A stretch of DNA of 62,659 nucleotides, the filler included, from Diploschistes diacapsis (lineage: Eukaryota), in NCBI GenBank assembly GCA_023645945.1. It is 11 parts of 11 records of this genome, joined end to end, with 100 filler letters (N's around TTAATTAATTAA, not from the genome) between each part and the next. Parts side by side here need not be neighbours in the genome. Positions count along the whole stretch, not along the records: positions 32,316 to 55,412 come from JALAIB010000270.1; positions 55,513 to 57,224 come from JALAIB010002700.1; positions 57,325 to 59,036 come from JALAIB010002701.1; positions 59,137 to 60,848 come from JALAIB010002702.1; positions 60,949 to 62,659 come from JALAIB010002703.1; 6 more parts are not named here. One strand, written 5' to 3'. Numbering within the stretch: position 1 is the first letter of the stretch; each line of letters opens with the position of its first letter. The translations under genes and the position numbers were made by a program. The notes beneath the pieces are model-generated. The model was given only the letters and a program-made list of their open reading frames with translations. It was not told where the DNA came from and searched no databases. Shown here piece by piece: positions 50,394 to 62,659 of the stretch.

Positions 50394-51295
50394 TTGTATG
50401 AATTCATCCATAATAAATCTATATATCTTTCAACCTGGGATATAAGAATTCTACTAAGCGATGATGCGAGTATATAGCTATTCATGTTCTAGATTGTTGT
50501 AAGTATAACGAAAGTTTCTTTACTTTACAAATGAATAACTTTATTAATAATGTGAATCTATATAATCACCAGTGAACAAGGTTGATACAGTCTGCTTGGT
50601 CTGGGCTTTCGCTTTCGAGAAATCGCGGTCCATCTAACCTAAGCATGCTTTTGTACTCTGCATTCAACATTATCTAATTTAAAAGAGCGAAATTAGCGTA
50701 TCATATTCTTTCCATATCATATCCGTGACTCTTGCTTGATTATCATTTGAATTTTGGTATTATGCGTCTGCAGCGCTATCGCGGGCAATCTCCAGGCTCT
50801 TCTGTTCAACCCAATGTCTAGCCATCTTCAGGTGCTTATTCATTCATAGGAGGATAACTCCTTGAACGTGCCCTCAGCATGGAGGCCTAGTGGAAGAATG
50901 GAGGGCACAAACAAAGCACATGTAGCTCAAGGTTACCACGGTCCTTTGGGCGGGAATTCTTGAAATGAAAACGCTGCAAAGCCGCAAAGCAATCAGTTGC
51001 CATAAGCCATTTATAACCGGTCAATACCTGTAGTAATGAGCATGTCGGCAAGATCGTTGCGCGTCTACAACCTGTCTCCCACTAAAGTTCAATTTTCGAC
51101 CGATTGCATTGCTAGCAGGCATCTTCGCGGTGCATGCCAGTAATGTCATGGACTGCTTTCATTTTAATCGTAGATATTGCCACTGATAGTCCGGCACACT
51201 GGCAGGACTGGAAGAATGGCAACCTGTGGCCGTTTAGGATCGCTCTGTTTATTCCCATCCAGGCCAAGCTCTTGGGCCGAATGGTCTAGGTTGGT

Positions 51296-51786
51296 TCAAG
51301 AGAAACGAAGGAATCCTTTCCACTGATTGATCTTTCTGGACAACCACGACCTCTTTGGTGCTTCCTCGAGCTCCTTGAGGAGGTTCTTGTAGTAGTTTGG
51401 GTTCGATTTCGGCTTAAGTAATTGGTCTGAAAGCGGATACTGTATTCATCAGCGTTGTGCTGTTTTATAGAATATTACATCCGACAGAACCTTTTTGGTG
51501 TACCGGTTTTCCAGAAAAGTAAAGAGGGCATTAGCCTCTTCCATTTCTGCCTTCAGATTGCCATTGTCAACAATGGTATTTACGGTTTCCTTGTCTGCAC
51601 TTGTCTGCTCAGTAACCCCGAGTCGCCTGTTAACCCGCCTTTGCATTGCCTTTTGGAAAGAGACCTCCGGCCGGAGCACATCCGCGGGCCATTTTTCAAG
51701 AGCGCGCAGATAGTGCCTAAGCACCGTCTGTGTCTGATTAGCAAAGTCCAAGAACGAATGCTTGATTCACGCACAACTCTCGACAT
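51296..51786 (-). CDS. CBP6: Cytochrome b translation/assembly factor Cbp6; 3 exons
   Basis: Spliced MSRVTVLRHYLRALEKWPADVLRPEVSF...NALFTFLENRYTKKYPLSDQLLKPKSNPNYYKNLLKELEEAPKRSW. Confidence 0.88.
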
Positions 51787-52083
51787 AGCGTGGATAGTGG
51801 AAGGAAAATGGCGTATTGACTTTACCTACAAGTTAAAACCGACGGGTCATACTAAAGAAATCCTTGTTGACTAAGCGTTGCCAAGAAAATGACCGCTCCG
51901 CCCCCCTATGCTAATGCCATTTGCCATTCATTACCTTCTGACTTTGTACACACTGCTGCCTCGTAACCTCATCTCCTGGAACGACTCTCTCCTTTGTTCA
52001 AACCCTTGTTATATTCATTGCGGCGAGAATTTCTCCTTTCATTTCTAATCTCTAAGAGAAAATATCTAAAAGAGCACCTTAAG

Positions 52084-53219
52084 ATGGTGGCTCAGTCCTA
52101 TGAGCGTGTGCGTTACCCTCTCAAAATGCGTGAAAAGCCACTTATCAGGCTATAGGTACCTGGAAGCGAGGAAGATGTGCCCGATACCCACCACAATGCT
52201 CAGAGACAAGTGCCTAGCTCTCCACCTCCACCATTTCGATCCCGTGCATCTTCGATAGGATCGCGGCGACATGGATCACACCATTCCCCAGAGCCTGTTG
52301 ATCAGACTCTTGAAGATACATTCGACGCTGGCCCAAATGCCGACGACGAGCATAATGCACTCGAAGACGACAGACAACGGTTGATACACGATGCTGCGGT
52401 CGCTCATGATCAAATCCAAGGCACTCGCCCAGGCGTATCAAGGAACATCACAGTGTTACCATCATTCTTTACCTCAAATCGAAGTCGCCAGACTGGTCCT
52501 TCAGCGATGTCCAACGATGGTGTGTTCGCCAATCTGAGTGCAAAACCGGAAAAAGGTGAAAAGCTTGAGGAACAGCCACCAGTGAGCCCCTTTCCCCCAC
52601 TCCCCCAACACCTGATACTTAGATCTAATTCTAACATCACTAGTCATACGAACAAGCAGCAGCTGATGCTACTCCTCCGTACTGGGAGACGACGATAATG
52701 GCACCTGGCATCGCTTCCGATGAAGTCTATATCGATGGTCTGCCTGTGGGATCGTTCTTTTCATTTGTATGGAATGGTATTATATCAATGGCCTTTCAGC
52801 TCGTTGGCTTTCTCTTGACATATCTTCTCCACACAACACATGCCGCACGAAATGGTTCAAGGGCAGGCCTTGGTGTTACACTGATCAATTATGGATTCAC
52901 AATGCGCTCAATCTCTGTTCACAAGCACGCCGGCGCCCAGCAACAATATACTGCACCAGCGGATCCAAATAATCACAATTTCGACCCGTCGAATTCTGCG
53001 GCGGCGGGCGTTGCTATGGACGACTCACCTGCTCGAAGCAACTTCGCTGGGGAATGGCTTGCATATACTCTCATGATCGTTGGTTGGATCATTCTCATTA
53101 AGGCGGTTACGGATTTCATTAAAGCACGACGTCATGAGCAGTTAATTCTACAAAGCCCTGATAGGGGCTTGAGCGTCCCTGTGGTTGCGGAAGGGGAGGC
53201 CTCTGAGACCGTTGTATAG
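52084..53219 (+). CDS. BSD2: Bsd2/NDFIP Rsp5 adaptor (metal homeostasis); 3 exons
   Basis: NDGVFANLSAKPE, PPSYEQAAADATPPYWETTI, FQLVGFLLTYLLHTTHAA. Confidence 0.95.
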
Positions 53220-55512
53220 ATTCGCGGTGATGTTGGGCTTTTTGATGTTTCGGACTTTACAGCTTTCTTGGTACTGAAACGACAACGCTTTTTTGTATTT
53301 CCTCATGCTTTCCGCACTATGCTACAGTGGATTATCTTCATCTTGATCCTGGCCTCGCCCAAACCATGTTCCTTTCAAATCATGCAACCATCTGTAAGCT
53401 CAAGTGTTATACAGAGTACCCCAAGTTTGCATACCTTCATTCATCCATTTCAAGTGGGCGACACGGGTTACTACCAATCATTATTCCACGTCGTGAAGCA
53501 CAGTTGTGCCTACTCCGCATAATTATGCTACAAATATTCCTACGACGGCTTATCCACTTCAGCTCCAATCCTGTTGCTGAGCATCCCATTAGAGATTGTG
53601 CCCTCTGTGGCTCTACCCACAGGCTAGTTTCTTTTGGCTGCAAGACTTCGGTAAGCTAGAATGCAACTCTTGTTCAAGGAACAGCGTCGGACGCCAATGA
53701 GTGTTTGAGCTTTTTCAGTGCTGTTGAATGGCGAGCTACTCAGCTCTAGTTGTAGCTACTCATCTTCTGACTCGGCATCCAAGCTAGTTTTTGCGATACC
53801 GCACAAACACTCTCTGTCGAGCCCGAGTCCTTTGATGGAGGAGTGCGAATTAAGAAAATGGTGCCTTCTGGCCTGGTGTGAGTTACGGATAGAAGGACGA
53901 AGAACCCAAGTCTTCGATTTCCTCAAGGGCAGTTCGAATAGTGCATACCCCCAGCGTCCGCTTCTCATCCGCTATGAGGCCTTGAGAGCCTTCGCTTTAC
54001 CTGGGCCCCAAGCGCTCGGTGATTGCACATTCCTGGCCATCATCTAGATCGGCTTTCTCTTGTCTTGCACAACGTCTACCATTCCAGCCGGGTACTTCGG
54101 TGGTATGGATAATTTGCGTGAATTTGAAAATGGTGGCAAATCGGCTCCTGAACATTACAAGACAAGCACAATAAAGCAACTGCAAGACAAGTAGTGACAA
54201 TTAACGGACGATATATACACGTAAGTGCGGTGGATGACTTTCGGATAAGCTCAGACCACACAATATCACCATAACATCGCAACAAACACGCCGCAGCCAG
54301 CAATGGGAACCACGAACGCTCCAACACCTTACACACGCAAAGTGCCACTGCCAGCGAGCACCACATTGAGTGAACTACCTCCTAGCATCAGAGGAAAGCG
54401 ACTGCACTTTTGTAATATGTTCAGCCCATGCTCGCGATACTCCTATCACGCCTTTCCCGCCATCTCACCAAGGCTAGCATGGAGCGAAGGGGCACGCAGC
54501 AAGGAAGTTCTTGTAGCCCGTGTTAAAAAGTTGTTATTGAGGGTGCCCAAGCCAGACATCTATGATCTGCTATGACCACGGGGCTCTATCGAGTATACTG
54601 GGAACAGGTTAGAGTACCTGGAGCTTGAGCCGGAGCCGCAGCTGGGACCAGGAACAGGCTCTGAAAGGCAAAAGAAATGCCCAGAAAAATAAGCAACGTC
54701 GTGTCGTTTTTCGCACCAAGTCCCGGAACACTGAGTAGAGTTGGAAGAGTTGGATAATAAAACGAGCATGAGAGCGACACAGAGATTAGGAAATACGGGA
54801 GCAAAACCCTCACCCTTGTAACGAGGACGCAGAACACACACTTCAAACTGAGCTTTTCCTGTAGCTTTGTAGTCTGAGTAAACACTGTGTAGTATGATTA
54901 CATCCTATAACAGATTCAAATCGCACAGCAACTACTGGAGATTCTTGATAGCATTTGCAGTTTTGAAAGAGGCACTAAATTGTGGCCCAACGAACGTATG
55001 GTATGGTATGATAGCGAATAAAGCATCATCAGGAGAGGGTTAAGTGGTAGTATCCATAACAGGGCTTGAATGGCATACATAAGTATCAAGTTTTGGTCGA
55101 AAGATTTATGTTAGGCTCGCCAAGGCTTTCCAACAAAATTCGGGGGCAGTTATTCTGACCGAAATAAACGCTATTACATAAGTAAATTATCGGAGTTGAC
55201 ACTTCCGATCTTTTTGAATTTTCTATGTCTTCCCACTACATCTCAATATACGTGCACGGTTTATTTGAAGTAAAGAATATCGAAGGTAACGGTGACTAGA
55301 CTAAACTAATGACTCTGATTCGAATGGTGATATTTGTTTTAAAGGAGCGTGGGTGTAAAAAAACTTATAATAAACATCACTTGAAAGACCCGCAAAAAGG
55401 GCGTAAAGGCTANNNNNNNNNNNNNNNNNNNNNNNNNNNNNNNNNNNNNNNNNNNNTTAATTAATTAANNNNNNNNNNNNNNNNNNNNNNNNNNNNNNNN
55501 NNNNNNNNNNNN

Positions 55513-56192
55513 ATTTAGATTATATTAAGAAAGTTAAGGTGGAATATGGTAATAGTATTTTATATTTAGAATATATTATGTATGTTTTAGGGTTGAAAGC
55601 GAACCTTATATCGGGGTAGAAGTTATGTAAGGTAAGCTTACGGGGAAGTTTCGATAAAGACGGTTTATATTTATATAATAGCGAAGGACGGATCATTTTC
55701 ATATGTAAGAAGAAAAATGGAGTTTATTACACAAGCAAATTTGCTAAGGGAGAATATATATATGCTGTAGAGGTATATTTAGCGAAAATAACTGAACCAG
55801 AACTGAACCTAAAAGTTCAGTCGAATAAAACTAGTTATTAATTATGGCATGCGCGTATTGCTTATATAAGATTTAAAAGGCTTTAGCATTTTTATGAAAT
55901 AATAACTCTTATTAATCCGATTCGAGTTATGCTATATACCTATAAGATATACTAACTGACCAAAGCCAGGCAGTAGATAAACCATACGCTCGTTAAGCAT
56001 AAGCATGGTTTACTGGATCTAATAAATATCGATATTTACGGTCCATTTTTAAAGTCTCTTAAGAATAATTAATACTTTATAAAAATCGTAAATAATTACT
56101 CGCGTAAGATTTGGTTTATCTTATATAAAACCCGAAAAGAAGCCGTTCGTATTATGTAGTATTAGAAAGTAAACGTTGAATATTAAAGTAAT
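55513..56192 (+). mobile_element. Ty1/copia integrase remnant (RIPed)
   Basis: LWHARIAY (pre-integrase), LDLINIDIYGPF, YFIKIVNNYSRKIWF. Confidence 0.85.
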
Positions 56193-57224
56193 TGAGACAG
56201 ATCAGCCCAGGCGTGCCAAGCCACCGGGGTCACATGACGGCAGGGTCACATGACGGGTACCAACCGTGCCAAGGATGTTAGGGGGTGGCTGTGTAGGCGG
56301 GTAGAACCCGAACCCCGTAGGGCTGGCATCTATATACTATTTATTCCTATCACTTTTTTATTTAGATAGGTTCCTCTCTAGCTTTTCGAATCGAGATTTT
56401 TTATTTATAAATGCCTAGCTACACGTAATTCTTCCGGATCAGGCCCAGTTTTCAGTAGTATAGTATTCTATTCCTGCGTTGGCGTTTCATATTCGAAAAC
56501 CTTATTTTACTTTCGCACTCGTAACGAGAATTTAAAACGTTAACCGAATTAAATATTCGAATAAGTCTACGACAACCGGAACTCGAAAATACTACCCGCC
56601 GATTTATTATAAATAATAACTCCCGCTAATAAAAAGAATTAAAAGAAAAAGAAAAAATCGATAATACTTTCGTTTTTTAAAAAATCAACCGAGATATCAT
56701 CGGTTAAAAAATACGATTTAATAAATGAATCGCCAGTTAAAAAACAATCCATAAGATATCCCGCGTTATAATAATTATTAACGCTAAGAATCATCAAAGG
56801 ATTTAATATTAGCGAAAAATTAGTACCGGGAAGATCTAAAAAAGGTCCTCGCGACGAACTCGAATGGAAAAGATCCTCGTTTAAAAACCTAATAAAAGAA
56901 TGTGTTAATTAATAAATAATAATCGAGAACGTAATAAAGCTATAAATATTAAAGCGAGTAAAAGAAATCTATTATCGAACCGAAAAAGAATTAACGGAAC
57001 TTATTAAATTAATACGTATTTACGTAAAAGCGGTCGAAGAAATAACCCAACGAAACGAACGAAAGATTTAACGATTTTAATAACAATTCGAGAAAGATTT
57101 AATTAAACGAAACGAATTAAAATAATTATTAAATAGAGAATAAGAGACCCGGGCTTATCTAACCGACGAAATTATCGACTTACGAGCAGCGATTAAAGAA
57201 TTTCGAAATCAACGAGTATTTACG
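56193..57224 (+). mobile_element. 5' LTR (56193-56489) and RIPed gag-side region of the 297-bp-LTR retrotransposon, inserted into copia
   Basis: Second copy of LTR 307-603; no PPT before it; followed by ATTCGAAAA and a decayed coiled-coil-like coding region. Confidence 0.82.
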
Positions 57225-58021
57225 NNNNNNNNNNNNNNNNNNNNNNNNNNNNNNNNNNNNNNNNNNNNTTAATTAATTAANNNNNNNNNNNNNNNNNNNN
57301 NNNNNNNNNNNNNNNNNNNNNNNNAAATATTTATATTCCGACGTAATTTTAAAGCGAAATAAACGAACGGTCAATTTCTATTACTTCCGGTCTCTTGTAA
57401 TTTTTACGTGGTAAAAGTCGAGCTATTTTTAAATACTAGAGCTGTTCTTGAACAATTTTGAAAAAAAGGAGATGCCGCAGCTATTTAAAGATTTATATAA
57501 AGATTAATCGAATGGCGCGATAATATTTACAACGAAACGGACGTCGAGCCCCATTTCGATTTTAAAATATATTTATATAATATACGAGAGACCTTTATGG
57601 CCTCTTTCTTTCCATTTCTTTTAATTCTGCGTCAGTTATACCCCGAAACTGCAATCAGATATATTATATTAGACCTCGAATCCGACTCGGAAGTCAAAAC
57701 TCTCTACCAACGACATACTAATAATATCAGACACTTATCCGCCAAGCTGAGATCAATGGTGGAAATATATAATAAAGCGTCGAAAAAAAGACCCGAAAGC
57801 TTACCGATTTTAAAAACCTTAATGTTCACATAATACCCGGTAATCGCTGATTTTTACGCAAAGATATAAAGTCTTCTTTAACCTTTTAAACATTAAAATC
57901 TATTGTTTATATCCTTTCTTTATTCGTTCCATTAATAATGATATAATTCATCCCGCAGGTTCTAAGCGGTCATACTATCCTTAACATTAAAAACATCCAC
58001 GACTCAAAAAAAAAAATACTA

Positions 58022-59036
58022 ACGTGTTTCACGGGGATTCCGGCCACCCCCAGATTCCGGCCACCTTAAATCACTATTTTCATCTTACATTCGATCTTTC
58101 TCAATAATAACTACCTCGCATAATAATAATTCGATTCTAATAAAATTTAATATCAACGACTATTTACAGGTCCTAAAATCATAATAATATATTAACATTC
58201 GAGAAACTATTCGCGCATTTAAAATATCTTAATCGACCATTATAAATCGACTCGATAAAACTTAATCTCGCATTAAGAACTACGAAACGATTTAAATCCT
58301 TTTAAATTCGGAAGAAAAGATATTAATACGATAGATTACACGTTTTACATAAACTGGCTTTCCTGCATCGTTTACGTTGGTGGTAGAAATGACCGAAGAG
58401 ATTCGACGCGAAAGAATTTAATTCGGTTCGAATTTAAAAGTCACGATCGCGAATCTTTAATTTATCGATAAAAATTAAATATCGCGATTTCGCAAACGAT
58501 TTCTTAAAATTATTAATATTTAGACGAGATAGATCGAGTCGAATAAATTTAATACGATAAGTTACGAGGCTATACAACGGTGGTTCGATGTAATGGTAAT
58601 TTAATATAATAAAGGATAATACGCGCCCGAATATATCTATAATATAAACGAGTTAGGTTTTAATATTAATGATAATTCTTTCTTTAAAACCTTCGTTTCG
58701 AATCGAACAAACTCGAATTAAAAGATTATTAAAGGAAAACAAAAGTAGATAACTACGATCGAATACATCTTAATTATTAACGGAATATTACCGCCGATAA
58801 TCATTTTTAAAGCATTATACACCAATATTAGCTAAATTCTAGTCGAAACGCCTCGAAACTAGCTATTCAATATTAATAATAAAAGATAAACAATAAATAA
58901 ACACGGTTATTAATAACTTATACGTATCTTTAAGCCTCTAACTAGACCGAATCGACCCGAAACGCGTCGTTTATTAATTATAAACGGTTATAATAATTAT
59001 ATTACCGCTAATATTATTCGCTTTTGTATATTTAAT
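58022..59036 (+). mobile_element. Fot1/pogo transposon, 5' half, RIPed
   Basis: TA + ACGTGTTTCACGGGGATTCCGGCCACC TIR; colinear with 59239-60250; IYNINELGF corresponds to RIPed YNMDETGF. Confidence 0.9.
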
Positions 59037-59238
59037 NNNNNNNNNNNNNNNNNNNNNNNNNNNNNNNNNNNNNNNNNNNNTTAATTAATTAANNNNNNNN
59101 NNNNNNNNNNNNNNNNNNNNNNNNNNNNNNNNNNNNGGATAACTAGCGGTAAAAACTTGCTAAAGTTCTCACGGCGCGAATATTCACGCTTACGTAATAT
59201 AAAATACGCCATTTTTAATATTTTCGCGATAATATATA

Positions 59239-60848
59239 ACGTGTTTGACGGGGAACCGGGCCACCCCCTGAAGTGGGCCACCTCTCATTACAACTTTCAT
59301 CTTTTTCTTCGATTTTTTCAACAATAACTACCTCGCATCGTAATAATTCGATTTTAATAGAATTTAATATCAACGACTGTTTACAAGCCCTAAATTCTTA
59401 ATAATATACCAGCGTTCGAGAAATTATCCGCGTATTTAAAGTTCCTCGTTTAATCATCATACGTCGATTTATTAAAATATAATCACGTTTTAATAATCAC
59501 GAATCGAGTTAAATCCTTTTAAATCCTAAAAAAAAGACATTAATACGATAGATTACACGTCTTATATAAATTAGCTTTTCTACATCGCTTACGTTAATAA
59601 TAAAAATGGCCGAAAAGATTCGACGCGAAAGAATTCAATTCGGTTCGAATCTAGAAATTATGATCGCGAATCTTCAACTTATCGGCAAAAATTAGGTATC
59701 GCGATTTCGCAAACGATTTCTTAAAATTATTAATATCTGGACGAGATAGATCGAATCGAATAAATTTAATACGATAAGTTACGAAGTTATATAACGGTAG
59801 TTCGATGCAGTAATAATTTAATATAATAAGAAACAATACGCGCCCGAATACATTTATAATATAAACGAGTTAAGTTTTGATATTAATAATAATTCTTTTT
59901 TTAAAGCCTTCGTTTCGAGTCGAACAGGCTCGAATTGGAAGGTTATTAAAGAAAAATAAGAGTGAATAACTACGATCGAATATATTTCAATTACTGGCGG
60001 GATATTACCGCCTATAATCATTTTTAAAACATTACATATCAATACTAACTGGATTCTAGTCGAAACGCCTCGAAACTAGCTGTTTAGTACTAATAACAAA
60101 AGATAGATAATAAATGAATACGGTTTTTAATAGTTTATACGTATTTTTGAACCTCTAATCAGACTGAATAGACCCGAAACGCGTCGTTTATTAATTATAA
60201 ACGATTATAGCAGCCATATTATCGTTAATATTATTCGCTTTTGTATATTTAATCGAATCGATTTAATAATATTACCACCGTATAATTCTTATCTTTTTTA
60301 ATTACTCGATGTCGCAGTGTTTTCGCCGTTAAAAAGCGCGTTGGCGCAAAAGACGGATCATATTACTCGATTAAATGGATCGCGCATGGCACGCTTAGAA
60401 TAAGTCGAATTGTTTTTAATAACTCGGAATTGAGCTGTTACGAGTCGAAACGCTTAGGCAGACTTTGTAGATACTGGATTATAGTTTATTAATCTTATAA
60501 CCGTGTTTGATAAGCTTTATTCGACTTATCGGACCCCTTCACTTCCATCTTACAGTTCTTTTTCAACCTCGAATCAATTCGATTTGAATTTATCTTTATT
60601 ATATAGCTCTTCACCAAATACGACCGAACTACGAAAGGCTAATAAAGAGTTTAATTAGGCGTTACGAGCCGTTTTAGAACTAATTAATCCGATTCGACGT
60701 TATTCGAATCGAGTAACTCGTATGTTTGAATCGACGCATATTAAATTCATAACGTTTCGTAAAGAAAACCGAGAACAAAAAACGCTTCTTAATAATCGTA
60801 AAAAACGTAAATTAAATAAACGAATCGAATTAAAAGATCGTTTTATGT
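59239..60848 (+). mobile_element. Fot1/pogo transposon, near full length, RIPed
   Basis: TA + ACGTGTTTGACGGGG TIR; decayed catalytic motifs IYNINELSF, RRLLIINDYSSH, LPPYNSYLF*LLDVAVFSPLK. Confidence 0.92.
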
Positions 60849-61045
60849 NNNNNNNNNNNNNNNNNNNNNNNNNNNNNNNNNNNNNNNNNNNNTTAATTAA
60901 TTAANNNNNNNNNNNNNNNNNNNNNNNNNNNNNNNNNNNNNNNNNNNNCTATAAGATTTTAAAAGGTTTAATTAAACTGAACTGAACTGAATCTCGGTAA
61001 GTTTAGCAGAACTGAACTTCCCGGGTTCTTCCAGTGAACCTCTTA

Positions 61046-61512
61046 AAACAAGCTGAGCTCACAGGCATGCCTTCCGTCTGCCTGCTCAACATTAACCGTA
61101 TAAAAAAGTTAAATCGTATAAGATTAAATATAAATATTATTTTAATTACGGAGGAGCATTGTAAGGCCTGCGGGGTTACACATCTGCCTCGGCTGCCACA
61201 GCCACGCACCTACAGATAGTGTAATAGGGAAATAGTGCTTTCGGGGTTCCTGAAAGCATTGTGGTTAGTCTTTTGGCTCAGTGGGATAGCGCTACCTATT
61301 AGGCACTACCCCCGCTGTTACAAGCATGATATTTTTCGTAAAAAATACGCGTTTTTTTATTACGATGCAGTCTATATAGTTCGTACGAATATACTTTAAT
61401 AGTTAATAATAGCCGTCCTTTTTGCTGAATATCAATTGGTATAATGGTGGTTGAGATATATATGTTATAAGTTGAAAAGGGGGTAGGTGGGCGGATGACT
61501 TGTGAAACACGT
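61046..61512 (-). mobile_element. 5' end of a second ACGT-terminated (Fot1-like) transposon inserted in copia RT
   Basis: Minus-strand TA-ACGTGTTTCACAAGTCATCCGCCCACC terminus at 61512 abuts copia RT sequence; left boundary approximate. Confidence 0.6.
61160..61322. repeat. 163-bp solo LTR with 5-bp target-site duplication
   Basis: TGTAA...TTACA flanked on both sides by AGCAT. Confidence 0.9.
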
Positions 61513-62508
61513 TAATGCCGACCTAGATGAGGTCATCTACATGATCCAACCAATAGGATTCGAGGATTCAACCTACAGGGTTTATTTACTAAACAAAGCC
61601 CTGTACGGCCTAAAGCAATCTGCCCCCCAATAACAGAAAATGCTTATGAAAATGCTAGTTAAATGCGGACTAGCGCCTATTACGTCAGATTAAACTATCC
61701 TTATATAGGTTAACCCATTAATCATTATTCTAACACATGTAGACGATATGCTAATATTTTTAGTCAATAAAGAAACAGTTAACAATATATTCGATAAATT
61801 AACGGCTGAATTCGAGACAATTAATATAAACCAAATTAGTCGATACGTCGGTATTGAAATTATCCGAGACCGAAAAAATAAAAATACGACGATTATTTTT
61901 TAGCAAAATTACGCCAAACAATACCTAAAAAAATATTAAAAAGGTATTAAAACCGTAGTTAATTTTCATCGAATAAGAATAAAACTAGAACCTAATTCCG
62001 AACAGACTAGCGCGGATGATATCAAAATATACCAACAACAAACAAAATCGTTTATTTATTTAGCGATAATAAACAAGCCCGATCTAGCTTATCTAATAGA
62101 ACTATACGCTAAATTTATACAAAATCCAGATCCAGATTACTTTTCGGCGCTAAACCGCATTTAATAATATTTAAGTTATACCTAGAATTTCGGTATATCA
62201 TATAATCAGACCTTTTATGACCTAAAAGGCTACTGCGATTCCGATTAAGGAGAAGATTATGAAAGCCGAAAACCAATTAGCGGTTATTTATTCCTAATCG
62301 GGACTAGCGCCATTTCTTAAATACTTATTTTACAAAAAACAGTAACGCTTAACAGCTATAAGGCTGAATATATAGCGTTTAAAGAAGCGACAAAAGAATA
62401 GTTATATCTAATTAATACGCTTAGTCAAATTCCTTACTTAAATAAGGAATTAACTAAACATATTTTACAGACAGTTAATCAACGATCGAGCTAGCAAAAA
62501 ACCCGGTA
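61513..62508 (+). mobile_element. Ty1/copia reverse transcriptase-RNase H remnant
   Basis: NADLDEVIYMIQPIGF, LNKALYGLKQSA, THVDDML, GYCDSD*G, VTLNSYKAEYIA. Confidence 0.92.
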
Positions 62509-62659
62509 ACGTATATACATAGCGAGCGGATACCCCCCATTTAATTTTACGAACTTTCAACTTTTATATGAAATTTCTACTCGTACGATCATAGACTCAT
62601 CTTTAATTAATATTAGAATCATAATAACACTTTAGTTTATCAAATTAAACTTAGATCTT
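62509..62659 (+). mobile_element. Start of another ACGT-terminated DNA transposon
   Basis: TA + ACGTATATACATAGCGAGCGGATACCCC interrupts copia RNase H after LAKNP. Confidence 0.5.

Noticed and set aside
53268..55412. Short ORFs downstream of BSD2
   Set aside because: No recognisable motifs or coherent splice model; treated as intergenic.

Overview
This window is not one locus. It is 11 contigs joined by an artificial 100-nt linker (N44-TTAATTAATTAA-N44), so adjacency across linkers means nothing. Two ~23-kb contigs (1-23146, 32316-55412) are gene-dense DNA of a filamentous ascomycete (Pezizomycotina). They carry HFL1/TMEM184, CSF1, EF-2, a small secreted protein, an RBM26/27-like gene, cytosolic SHMT, iPGM, prefoldin-6 (absent from the ORF track), VPS4, prenylcysteine oxidase, SCOT, the clock gene frq, tRNA-His, CBP6 and BSD2. 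Seven ~1.7-kb contigs are nested, RIP-mutated transposon debris (Fot1/pogo, Ty3/gypsy, Ty1/copia, solo LTRs); a Tc1-like relic lies at the start of contig 1. One small contig has an RS-rich Hub1-like gene and the start of PIG-H. The main outlier is contig 26877-28589: an un-RIPed 171-bp tandem array upstream of an intronless zinc-finger ORF with the 'N.xG.ENL...HPENHN...W' signature I associate with giant-virus (Nucleocytoviricota, MIGE-like) proteins. Other notable items are an apparent GG-AG first intron in SHM2, a self-priming (Tf1-type) LTR/PBS structure, and an FRQ lacking the internal s-FRQ start codon. All family calls come from remembered motifs; no searches were run.
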